Shown here piece after piece: positions 12,998 through 24,600 of a stretch of 64,000 nucleotides of DNA. Each line of letters starts with the position of its first letter. Position 1 is the first letter of the stretch. The position numbers and the translations under genes were made by a program. The DNA lies in NCBI GenBank assembly GCA_964187785.1, contig OZ076409.1, forward strand, positions 67,892,001 to 67,956,000. The letters run 5' to 3'. Source of the stretch: Amphiscolops sp. MND2022 (Eukaryota). The notes under the pieces were generated by a model. The model saw nothing but the letters and a program-made list of their open reading frames with translations. It made no database searches and was not told where the DNA came from.

Positions 12998-14525
12998 TGT
13001 GATAATCCTCGTCTAGGCTCTCTGCATCAGACTCTTCGTCTGAATGGATAGTTACGTCTACATCAGATTCAGCTCGAAACAAAGGCTTTGCAGGATGTTT
13101 TAGATCCTTCATTCTAGATGCCTTAAGAGGAAAATCTTCGTCTTCAGTTTCTGAATTTTCATTGTTAGATGCGTGTACTCCTATAGACTTGTTTCCTTTG
13201 GATCCCGTAGGTTGCATGTTTCGTGTTTCATCATTTTCAGACCTTGGGTTTGTTGCTATTGAAGCACTTTTATTTGATTCTATTTCTCTGAGAATGGTTT
13301 CAAGTTTGTTGTCCATTTCTTCTCTCATTTTCTCTATTCTATCGTTGTTCTTTTGTTCAAATATTTGGGTCCAAGCTTGAATCTCAGTGCTGATTTGACT
13401 GGGTTCGACTAATTGTTCTCCTATGTTGTTTTCACCTAAATTTTCTTGGACAACAGTATCAGGATTAGTTAAAGTTATATTACCTGTATTTGGCGTTTCT
13501 ACTTGGGTCCTTTCTACACTTCTCTCTGGGGAAGGAGTTTCTAGTCTCCTGGACCGTCTATTTCGTCTATTTCCCATCTCGTCTCAAGTGAAAATGTTTT
13601 CTGGCTTTTGGGGAAGAATTTGAATTGACTTTAATATCTCAAAAGAACAAGATCGGAGAGTTTACAGTGATGAAATCGAAGAGGTTTACAATCATTTGAA
13701 AAGCAACTGCTTTTGGTGAAAGACAAATCTTGAATGAATTCTTCCAATTATTTTACAAAACGAAATATATTTAAAAATCATGACACCCCTTTTTATTAGA
13801 GTCATCATGAAAACCAGCACAAAAATAGAATTGCGTCAAATGACATCATATTATAAAATAGCACATTTACATTACATCATGGGAAGTGGTTATGGACAAG
13901 AAACTGCAAAACCCTGGAAAATATCTCAAAATAACTTCTAAATATGGCCGAAACACTTTCTAAATGCTATTAGAACGCGTCCTGGGATCTTTCAATAATT
14001 CCTGCGAGAACCGCATAATGACGTATAATCGTTCTTACTCGAACCGTAGGATGCCGCATAATGTTATCATAAAAGACGTATAATGCCGTATATACATCTC
14101 ACCTCAAAACGCATAATACCGCATAATGGTATTATCAAAACCGTATAGTGACGAGTATACGTCACACCTTGATCCGCATAATACCGTATAATAGTACTAT
14201 GCTAAAATGCAGATTATCACGATGATGATGATGATGAGTCAGAAACTTGCAAGTTATACTATTAGATGGCGAGATAACTCATTGTTTAATCAACATAAGG
14301 ACTCTTAATGGGAAGACAGGGTTTGTTAGCACAACAATGAAAGTTCTTTCATGGCAAATATAGTATAAATATCATATTTACATGACTTTCTAAAGAAAAC
14401 AATGCACAAGAAAACACACTATCAACGGGTCCACATGAGTTCGAAAGAGTTTATTTAGGAGGTACCGTTGCTTGTTCCTTTCTAGAGTTGCACCACGGAG
14501 CCATCACATCTTGGTGGGTGTGACA
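12998..14525 (-). repeat. 3' LTR (1528 bp) of the large element
   Basis: Direct repeat of 27646-29168; by eye it differs by about 4 substitutions, one 6-bp indel and one 1-bp indel. Confidence 0.95.
14011..14190. repeat. ~32-bp-period CCGCATAnTGnCGyATA array in the LTR (second copy at ~28654-28833)
   Basis: About 6 degenerate units, e.g. CCGCATAATGACGTATA, CGTATAATGCCGTATA, CCGCATAATACCGTATA. Confidence 0.85.
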
Positions 14526-15510
14526 GTCCCGCATTTTTAAAAAGGAACAATGCTGCCTCGGAGCCGTGGATAAAGGCTTTCGACCTGATGGCTCTCTCCT
14601 TGACAGTTTCACCGTCGTACTCCGTGGCGACCAGATATTGTCCAAGCGTCTCTAATGCTATTTGATCGAAACATTTCCCACAGAAATCACAATGCCCTGC
14701 CACATTTGGCATGACCGTTGGTAGTAGTCTTATGCCTTGTCTTTCTTGGGCTGGTATTAACAAGACGTTTGGGCTATGTACCATGTCGAATGGGAATCCT
14801 AGCTGCATGGGTTGTTGCACGACGAACGGTGTTTGGCGGGAACCCTGTGTTGTCTCCTCCAACGGGATTGGGAATAACATTGGGGACAAGTTGAATCCTT
14901 GCATGGTCCTCATGACTGGTTGTTGTGACTGGGCTACATTGCTATGTATTTCGTAGTCCATAGGGTCATTTATGAGCATGCTTTGCATATTCGTTTGGCC
15001 AAGTTCTCTACTGGGCTCCTGTGTAACCATTGGGGTTGGCAAGATTCCTTCTTCGTCTTGATCTTCTCGCACAATAGGTAACACTCTGGCACATGGTCGG
15101 CCATAACTATTTGTATTTAGGGCTGCATCCCTATTTTCTGTCCATGGGAACAGGTTTCCTTCTTCAAATTCACTGTCGATGAACGACGATGGAGAGCCTG
15201 CAGGGTCGTCTTGAGAGTCGTTCATCAACTCTATAAGGTCTTGCTCTATTTGGGTTCCTTCCACACATGCAGCATCACCGTGCCCCGCTAGTACGTTTGA
15301 ACTGGGAAACAGTGTCGCTAATGAAGATCCAACAAATGCTGACATCAGATTGTTTTCTGCCGGATTTACTCTGAATTTCTCTCCCAATTGCGATATGTTT
15401 CCTGGGGCAACTGAGAAGGTTTCTTCTGTCTCGCTGGAGATATCGATGACATCGGGAGATAGAGGAGAGTAAAGGCTATCTTCATCGAAATTGAACTGAA
15501 GCTTGTCCAT
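14482..15510 (-). CDS. Accessory ORF (~342 aa) in the env position; acidic, low complexity, with a C-terminal HCDFCGKC motif; function unknown
   Basis: Uninterrupted ORF from ATG 15510 (MDKLQFNF) on the same strand as gag-pol; the stop lies about 44 nt inside the 3' LTR; no signal peptide or TM segment is visible. Confidence 0.75.
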   Translation of the reverse strand: MDKLQFNFDEDSLYSPLSPDVIDISSETEETFSVAPGNISQLGEKFRVNPAENNLMSAFVGSSLATLFPSSNVLAGHGDAACVEGTQIEQDLIELMNDSQDDPAGSPSSFIDSEFEEGNLFPWTENRDAALNTNSYGRPCARVLPIVREDQDEEGILPTPMVTQEPSRELGQTNMQSMLINDPMDYEIHSNVAQSQQPVMRTMQGFNLSPMLFPIPLEETTQGSRQTPFVVQQPMQLGFPFDMVHSPNVLLIPAQERQGIRLLPTVMPNVAGHCDFCGKCFDQIALETLGQYLVATEYDGETVKERAIRSKAFIHGSEAALFLFKNAGLSHPPRCDGSVVQL

Positions 15511-16331
15511 TTTTTCAAAATTATTCAAGTTAAAATTAATGGGAGAATTATTTTAAGTATCAAGTTATCAGTTTGTGAAAGGCAGCCGAATTTCAGATTG
15601 ATTAAGACCATATGGTGGTTGATTTTCTTCTCCCTTCTGTTTTTGACAAAATCCCGCGGAAAAGTTGAGAGTCATGCTTTTTCGAGTCCTCCGTTCCCCT
15701 TATAAGGGCTTTACTAGGAGTCATGTCATGAGACTCACTTGCAATAACTCATAAACAATTTCCATAAAAGGTGTTTTACTTAACACATCATCGGATTGCC
15801 GCTCATCACTTGGATTTCCGACAATTTCCAGACAGTTAAATGATATATAAACAAAATTCAAGGGACATCAAAGTAAGTAAATGCCTCCATGAAGATATTT
15901 ATTGAAAAGTTGGGAGAAAAACTTTATCTAATCTTACATGACTAATTTTATGAAATGATGAAAAGAGTTATGAAGCATGTTTCACTTTTGATTAATAGCA
16001 CAGCTAAATCGACCATTAATTCCAAGAAAAACATGTGTTAAACTTGGTCGCGCATTTGAAAAATGCGTGTGGGGTGATGGTTTGACGTATAATTTCCGGT
16101 TCTGACAATTGTTTCTTTTTTATAAGCTCCCGGAACATTATCAGTTCGAAATTTACTAAATGAACTAAATTCAACATAAAGCTGACGTTGTGATTAAGCA
16201 TCAACAATATCACACGTGTTTATCATTGAGAGTGTTTAATTTTCTTCATAATATTACGTAATACTTCTTTATATGTTCAATTCCAGCCACGAACTGCATT
16301 AATTCATCCTATTAAGAATATGCAGCGAGAA

Positions 16332-16575
16332 CCGCAGGATGACGAGTATACGTCACTGCAGGAACCGCATATTGCCGCATAGTCTTCCTTTGCATTCCGC
16401 ATACTGCCGCATACTCTTCTCTTGCAATCCGCATATTGCCGCATATTCTTCTCTTGTACTCCGCATACTGCCGCATGCTCGTCTTTGCTCGATCCGCATA
16501 CTGCCGCATATTCTTCTTCTGCAACCCGCATACTACCGCATATTCTGCGTTTGCAATCCGCATATTGCCGTATAC
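16332..16575. repeat. Tandem array of ~8 x 32-bp units with a CCGCATAyTGCCGCATA core and variable ~15-bp linkers
   Basis: Directly visible; the first unit shares GCGAGAACCGCA and GACGAGTATACGTCAC with the LTR array. Confidence 0.9.
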
Positions 16576-16599
16576 TATCAGCCAAAACAATATCTATGC

Positions 16600-16680
16600 T
16601 TAAATTAGCCATTGGCGTTATGCAATGAGTCAATCAATCACGCTGGCAGACGTGACTGACATTTAATTAGCCAATCAGAT
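16600..16680. promoter_or_regulatory. Candidate promoter elements between the divergent accessory genes (CCAAT boxes in both orientations, TGAGTCA)
   Basis: ATTGG at 16611, CCAAT at 16671, TGAGTCA at 16626, repeated AATTAGCCA. These motifs are short, so function is only inferred. Confidence 0.35.
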
Positions 16681-16965
16681 TTCAGTATCTACTTTGCATA
16701 TTTGCGCAAGTTTATACCATTTGCTTTTTGCCTTTCTTTGTTACGTTACGCCACGCCTTTTGTTTCGATTCATCGCCTTATACGAATTATCGTGTAGTTA
16801 GAGTTTTGTTAAAGTATCGACTCTGAACTTGCAATTATATTCTCCATTTCACCCTCTCATTACTCTAGAATTTGTCCCAAGTTCGTTTACAGCTTTTGCA
16901 ATTTACACTCCACTTTTCCTTTTCAATTTGCTTCTTTCTTCCTCTTACTTCCTCTTTCTGGAGAA

Positions 16966-19900
16966 ATGGATTCGCCATCCGGGGCTGAGCGATCAGGAAA
17001 ACGAAGGTCTCGTAAGGACCAAGCCCCGCTTCACCGCAGATTTGGAGGCAGAGATTACAACCCTTCCTTTTGGTCAGATCCAGGTAAATTCAACTTTTGA
17101 TTGGTTCAATCCGATTTAATTTGTTTAAAAGGTTTAGATTTTCTCGTGAAGCTGGCCAGGTTTGTCAGAGCGTGTGATCTATGTATATGATAGATCGGAT
17201 TCAGATTTTTTGAAACGTTTCCGTTTCTAGTTTGTAAGCGACTTCCGTTCTCTTCATTTCCTGTAACCGCGTCCGGTTCCGGTTGATTTAGAACAGAATA
17301 AGCTAGCTTTTGAACCACCGATTACCTTATCGTAATAAGTCCTTTGTTTCAGTTGAACCTGAAGTAGGAGAGTCATCACTGACACCTTCACCTGCGAAGA
17401 CTTACACGCCCTTACATTCCTCATCACCTAAAACTCTTTCTGCCCCTGTTGTGCAAGAATCTCCAGCTATTGTCCCACTACAAATTGATGAAGGGATCGC
17501 TGTCGTAACTGAACCAGAGCTACCATTAACTACCATCGCTCCGACTACTCTACAGGATCCACAAAAGACTCTAGAGGCGGAAGAAAACACTGCTGATCAG
17601 GACAATCCAAGCTTAAACGAAACTCCCACTGGAATGATGGAAAATAACGAAGCTGACTTAGGCCGGGAATTGCTGGAAGAATTTATTTCTCCCAGATCTA
17701 GTCAGGTAGCCTCACCCCTTCTTAATCAATTCCTCGCTACGGCCACTAATGAAAGTCTAAGCCAATTCATCAGAGCTGACTTTAACCTGGCTCAGGCTAG
17801 TGAGCGACTTAACACTCAACCTCCTGAACAAATGGAAATTCCCTCGACCGAGGCCTCTCAACCTGCGTGCACTCGGGCCAGCATCAGTGTCACCAGACGA
17901 GAAATTCTGACCATCAGTAGCTTCCTGGAACGAATTCCGCAAGGGTACGTGACAAGGGAAAGAGGCGATTGTGATCAACCGTTGACACTTATGGTTGGTG
18001 ATGCGACAAATTCTGCCCCTATCACTGCAACATCAAGCCAAGAAGAAGCAGGAACGAGTGCGCTAACTGGAGTACCTGCCTTGGAATTACAAGAAGAAAA
18101 CATGGTTAGAAGTGGAAAACGTCGTAGGCCAAAATATTCCTTGACCAGCGCGATGTTCAAAAAACATCCAGTGATAAAGTTTTCAGCGACCGGCCCGCTC
18201 GATAAGGACAAGACCCCTCACAAGTGGTGGTGCAGGGTGTGTAAAGTTGAACTGTCTCTCATGAGTCGGGGGAGTTTGGAATTAGTATCTCATTATCGCA
18301 CCGAATCTCATTTACTGAAGGAACACCGAATGAGGATGGAAATAGCGGGATTAGCCTTGTATGACAAGAACGAAAAAGAGCTTTTGGGGGTGGCACTTCA
18401 GGATGCCAAGAAAAAGGCCAAAGACATGTACCCCATTGCTCCACAATTAGATGTCTGCCGACCTCTCGTAGGACAAGATGTTGTACCTGATTTCAGCGCG
18501 GTAAAAAGTCCTACAGAGAAAATTTTGTCCCAAATAACTGTTCTCGAGCATGGATTGAGATATGGTGGGCATATCAACAGTTTGACATCAATGTACGATG
18601 AGCTAGCTCGGATTGCCAGTAGCAGTCACATGACAACACAAAACTGGAGCCCTCAGCGACTTTTCGTTAGTGATTTCTTGCTGTTTCTTTTATTGCTGGT
18701 CAATTTAAGAGTCTGATATTTTTTCTTTCTGGAACTAATTTTGAGTCTGAAACTATATATTTCACGTTTGAGCCTTAAGACTAACAAGTTTGTTTATTTC
18801 ACAGGCTATCCTTGTACACATGTTTCGGGAGCTAATCAGCTACTGCGTCACTGCGATCGCCTCTTCGGGGTTTTATTCCTTGCGTTGCAGCAGACTCATA
18901 CAGCGTCTTTCCTCATCCTCAGCTTCTGGTCTGGGAACGTGTTCCATAGAGTCTGTTTGGGTTGTGCTCCCCGCGGAATGCTGCTACCCATGAAGATTCT
19001 CAGTTTAACGTCATCTTTTCTCAGCCTCTTTGAGACGGAGTCAACTTGTCTGTCACTTGTTGACTTGGGTGACAAATTGGGCGATTGCCTATCTACTTGT
19101 CTTCCCGGGAAACAGCCACCGACAGTTGTCAAGACGTATGGACCTGATGAGTTCGAGAAAAGTCTCTCCCTTCCAACCTCACAGATTATAGAGCGCCATG
19201 ACTACAGAGCTATCTTGGATTATCTGCTGATGAAACTACGTACAGCACTTGACAAAGATTGGCTGCAACAAATCCCCGTGTTGCACAAAGTAAAATACTT
19301 ACTTGTGATTCACTCCTAGGGTTCTGTATACTTTCGTTTACTTTTATTGTTTCTGTTTCAGTGTGTAGTTCGTTTGGAATACTCCCTTGAAGATGCCTCC
19401 GCCATTATCGAGCATCTTTCAAATAATTGGAACCACGTTCGTGATCATCTAAATCACGTATCACGACTCCCTGTATACCGGTTTCATATGCGCGAGGTTA
19501 TTGTCTTTCCCATATTCACTATCTCCTCTTTAAATTCACCGTATCTTTTGTTCATTTCATTCTTTCATTTCAGCCGAACACTTTAGATGAGTGTTTTCGT
19601 CTCGACACAACGTATCTAGCACGTCTCTTCGTGATTCGTTGTGTCCTTGATCACTGTTAGTTATTTCCTTTTCTCAGTTTACAATTAATTTTGCTTCCGG
19701 CCAAAAATCAGAAATCTTAAGCTCGGTTATATATCAATGCGTTCTAATGGATTTCTCATGGGAGTCTCTGTGAAAATACGAGACCAAAGCTCATCTTTGG
19801 TAAAATTGTTACATCTTTTGTACTTCTATCACAGTTTTCTTTTGATTCGTATCTGCACTCATTCTAGTTTGTGAGTGAAAATAAGCCGCCTTCTACTTTA

Positions 19901-21434
19901 TTTCTGTGTTGCAGCAGTCTCTGCATAAACCGCATAATGACGTATAGTCCATCCAGCGATTCCGCATAATGACGTATTGTCCATCTAGCAATTCCGCATA
20001 ATGACGTATAGTCCATCTAGCAATTCCGCATAGTGACGTATAGTCCATCTAGCAATTCCGCATAGTGACGTATAGTCATCACACCTCGAACCGCATAATG
20101 CCGTATAATCTGCTTAGTAGTTTCGTACACTGCCGTTTAGACGTTGCAGCCTGTTCCGTAGAATGACGTATAATTAGTTCCGCTTGTTCATGTTTATTTC
20201 TTTGAATCTCGTACGTATTATTTGACACGTGTTATGTATCACATCTAGTAGTTCAGACTGTCCTTCAATTATGTTGTTTCTGACTTAATATTGTACTTAT
20301 CAAGAATTTTAATTTATTGTGTTTTAGATAACTCGGCCTTTTCGGAAGTTCGCAAAGGAGTGGAAGGAGGGTTTCGTGCCTTCAACCAATTTGCTGTATT
20401 CATTTACAGTCAACTCCAAAGCATTTTACCAGATGAAACTCTTGGAAACATCTCTGACTGGGACAACTTCTTGCAACTGGATCTCACTCAGGACAGCCTG
20501 CCGTTCAAAACTGCGGACGAATATGTATTGAATGAAGACTTCTACCGATTAGTTTCAGCAAGTAAACTGCCTCGGCCGAGCAAATTTGTGAACCAATCAA
20601 TTTGCTTCAGTAAAACCTTTTGCAAGTCACTGATGGGGCATGAAAACATCAAATCCAAATTGATGAGAGGGTTATCAGCTTTTGATCCTGCTGTGATGCT
20701 CGATGGTACCGAGGCTAATTATACAGTTGCTATCGAGGATCTTTCTAGTCATTTTGCTTCTATTGGATTGATTTCTTCTAGCGATCGAGTAAAAATGGTC
20801 AGCCAGTACCGAGCACTTGTTACGAAATTCCGCTCAGGGACTGGATTGGAATATGATGACTGGATACATTTCATCTCTTCGCATCACGAGTTACAGTGTC
20901 GGCCTGAGCTCTTTCTTTTGTACAAATTTGCTTGTTTGTGTTTGCCCCCACTAGTAGAGATGCCTACTGAATTTGTAGTCCCAATGCCAGCTTTAGGATC
21001 CAATGAGGAGACCTTCCAATCTTGTGTAAAAAGTTTGCAAATGTCATATTCCACTATCCCACATGTGTCTAGCTTATACCGGGACCCAAGATCTGTTAGT
21101 CGAGTTTTTCGTTTGTTGGGGCGTGGTTCTGATTTATTAACAGACAAGAAGTTTTCGGTATGGAACTTCTTTAAAGGAAGTGGACCCCGAAGAGCCTCCA
21201 TGCTGGGAAAACTGGAAATTGATATCGGAAGGCTGTTTACGCCATGAAAAACCGGTGGTTTCCTCGAACACTACTACCCCAAGTGTCAGTCGCACTAGTA
21301 GTGTTAATAGTACTCCGTCCCCGGACCCAGCTTTGAGCAGAGTCAGTGTCCCTGTCAGTCGCTGTACTGGATCGTCTCTTGAAAGTGATCAACCGAAGGC
21401 GAAACCCAATTCCGGCAAAGGCAAAAAACATTGA
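16966..21434 (+). CDS. Spliced antisense cargo gene, ~1100 aa, hAT-transposase-derived Zn-finger protein. Exons ~16966-17083, 17353-18665, 18805-19289, 19362-19496, 19574-19655, 19722-19799 (tentative), 20328-21434. This copy has apparent frameshifts and a stop.
   Basis: GT-AG introns with matching phases. Zn finger WWCRVCKVELSLMSRGSLELVSHYRTESH (BED-like type found in hAT transposases). IASSGFYSL sits where hATs have FSxxxDE. The C-terminal GLSAFDP...W...PELFLLYKFACLCLP resembles the hAT dimerisation region. Apparent 1-nt frameshifts near 18878 and ~21220-21240, and a TAA at 19745. Confidence 0.7.
19930..20172. repeat. Third array of the same 32-bp repeat family (CCGCATArTGACGTATAGTCCATCTAGCAATT), inside the last cargo-gene intron
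   Basis: About 5 near-identical units plus 3 degenerate ones. Confidence 0.9.
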
Positions 21435-21660
21435 TTGTCTGTTGTAGTTATCAATTGCTATGTTTTCTTTTGTTGTGTTTACTTTATGTTGATACATCCA
21501 GTGTATTTATTTGGATGATTCTTGGTGTATTATTGCTACAAAAACGAGAAACAAACTCATGCACTGAGGTGCACTTCAAAAATAGAAGATAAGAGGAGAA
21601 TTTCTTTGCAGTTCTTTTTATTATTATAGGTAAGGAGAGTCAGAGTATAGAAGTTGTCTT

Positions 21661-24600
21661 TTAGTATCTGTATGTGTCAGAGTAGTTTGGGTTAGGATTT
21701 GGGCGCAAGTTGTATTTTTCACCACGAGTCTTTATGGGTTCTTCTTGCAATGGGGTATTTTCAGGAATTTCTGGGGTTCTTTGGATATCAATTTCAGGTG
21801 TGATATTTCTGTCTTTTTGGGTTTTTTGTGGGTAATCTGTCACATGATCACGGGTTTCTTGTGTATTTCCATTGCTCGTTTCTCTTTCAGGTTCAGTGGT
21901 CTGTTCCACTGGGCTCCCCCGCTATTTTTTGAAGATCCAGGGGAGGGAGGGCGGTTATCATCAGGTGTTTGAATCGGGATGTATTCGGTATCGTCATTAT
22001 TCTGTGAATATTCTACTGGATCATCGTCAAACGGGCTAGATCCAAAATTCGTGTTCCACGATTGGGCATATAGGTCATCATTTGCTATTGGGATTTGATC
22101 ATCTTTTTGCCAATCGGTTTCTCGGACAAAAATGTCTGCTAAGGGCGCTTGCGGAGTAAATTTGCGCAAACGAATCCTGTGAAGTAGTTGTGTTTTGTTA
22201 GTCCCTAGTCTCCTGACAATATAATTATTGTTGGGGAGGACTTTTTCAACTTTATAAGGACCACACCACCTAAATTCTCGGAACGGTATTTTTGTCGCCT
22301 GAGTGTCAGCCTTGGGATTCAGAATGTAACAATAATCCGTCGTTTCGAGCGGTGCTGCTTTCGCTTTGCGGTCATAGTAGGCTTTGTATTTAAGGTAGGG
22401 TTGCATGATGTTCTTCTTGGTTTGGTCTAGAAGTATTTTCATGCGTTTTTGAATTTCCTCTGCTATGTCAGTTTGCGGTGGGTATCTTGGATTGGGATTA
22501 TATCCAAGTTTATAGTCAAGAATATTATGTGGTATCCGTCCATGGAAAACTCGTGAGGGTTCGCAACCTAGTGACGCATGGTATGTCGTGTTGTGATTAA
22601 GGACTGCAAGAGGAAGATATTTATGCCAGTTGTTCCTAAATTCGCCTGTCGCGGCTTTTAGGTGTGTTTTTACTGAGGCATGTGTTCTTTCTAGGAGTCC
22701 TATTGTTTGTGCATGTTTCATTGTAGCGTGTTTCAGTTCTATTCCGAGTACTGCTGCAATTTCATGGGTTATTTGTGCATTGAATTGTGTGCCCAGATCC
22801 GTGATTATAGTTGTTGGGAGATAAGTGTGTTTGCATAATATATCCATAATGACTTTCGATACTGCTGTCGCAGTGATGCGATTCACAGGATAGGCAAACA
22901 AGTATCTTGAGAAGACATCTATTGCCGTGATGATATGATCGTAGCCTCCACTGGGGGGAAGGTTGGGCAAAATGTCCATCTGCAGGATGTCTTCCGGTCC
23001 AAGATCCCATTCTGGACAATTAAGGAGTTCGGTTCTGAGGAGGTCATTGTTAATGCGTTTTGTTTGGATGCAAACTTGGCAGTTACTAACCCATTTCTTG
23101 ATGTATTTAGCCATACATGGGTAGTAATATTTTTGGCGTGCTTCTTGAATCATCTTGGTGATTCCTGGATGGTTTGAGTTATGGCCATGCAGGGCCTGAA
23201 GTAGTTCCTGGAGAAGTTGTATTGGTAGGAGGATTTGGTAATGAGAGATAATTCCTGTGTCTGTATAGTATTTTCGTGTGAGAACTTCCTGTTTAATCTC
23301 GATTCTGGTAATGTTTTGTAGATAATGTTGGTATCTGTAATCAGATGCCAATTCATTTTCGTCAAAAGGGTTACCTTCAATTTTTGCTCTGAGATGTCTA
23401 AGAACTACGTCATTGTTTTGTTCAAGGCGAATTCTTGCGTTGTCCTTGAAGTATCCAGAAGAACAGGAGATTAGTCCCGATGTGGGCCTGTGAAATTGTT
23501 GGAGTTCAGAGATGTTATTCTCTGGTTCATTGTGGGTTTCTGTTTGTGCCTGGTTTCGTATGTTTTGTTTTTCCTGCCATAATTGATTTTCATCAATTTC
23601 ATCTTCAGGGAGAATATAGATTTGCTCTTCCTCGGCGATTCCAGATGACTGGATATTTACCTCAATTGCTTTCGTGTGAATGTCATTGCGAATTGTTAAT
23701 TCTAGTTTTTCTGTTGGGGCGACTTCTGTCCTTGATAGGAAGTCTGCAGCAGTATTCATTGAGCCAGCGACATGGGCAATTACAAAATTGTATTGTAAAA
23801 CGTAATCGCATGCGTTCCAAAGTGCTGGTGGGATCATTTTCGTTTGAAAAAACCGGGTTACTGACCGGTTGTCAGTGAACACGATGACTGGGAATTTGCT
23901 TCCCCACATGAGGTGTCCAAATTCGACGAATGCAAAATATATAGAAAGGAATTCTTTCGCATAAATTGACATCTTCGTCTGTGTTGGGTTGAAAGTTTTT
24001 GAACCAAACGCTATGGGTGCATATGTTTTGCGTCTGGATTGGAGTTTTTGATTCGGATCGTCTTCGATCATGATAGCGTATCCTGCTGCAGTGAAACTTG
24101 CATCGGACATGACTATGAGTTGTTTGTTCTTCAATGGTTGTTTCAAAGCTAATTGGCAAGAGATTTCCAAAAGTTTGTTAAGGTTTGTGAATTCTTCTAC
24201 CAAGTTTGTTGGTACATAGAATTTGGAAGTTTCTTTGAGGAGTTTGAAGAACGGGGATAGCCGTTCTGAAAGGCGTGGTATATAGTTTCGGTAATAGTTT
24301 AGGAATCCAATATACCTTTGTAGTGCCTTCTTCGATTTTGGAAATGTGAGTTTTGCGAGGAAATCTTTTACTTTGTCGGCCTGAGGGGCAACTCCATCTG
24401 GTGTGATGGTGCGACCCAGGAAATCGACTTGTTTAACTCCAAAATGACATTTGGACATGGAAAGTTTTAATCCAGCGTTTCTGATACATTCAAAGACGGT
24501 TTTGATGTTGATGTACAATTGTTTTGTGTCGTTTGCTGCAATGCCAATGTCATCAACATATTGGGCACATTGGTCAGCTTTGATTGCTCTGTCCAGGTAT

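Noticed and set aside
12951..13577. Independent 208-aa host gene
   Set aside because: It is the gag N-terminus duplicated in the 3' LTR, reading into the flank.
14482..15528. env gene
   Set aside because: No signal peptide, furin site or TM anchor is visible.
16332..16575. CRISPR-like look (conserved 17-bp repeat with variable spacers)
   Set aside because: The linkers are only ~15 bp and resemble one another, there are no cas genes and the context is eukaryotic; it is a minisatellite-type array. ORFs called over it are repeat artefacts.
16700..21600. Nested autonomous hAT transposon
   Set aside because: No TIRs or 8-bp TSD were found by eye, the catalytic motifs are missing, and its repeat arrays are shared with the LTRs. 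Not fully excluded without comparing other copies.
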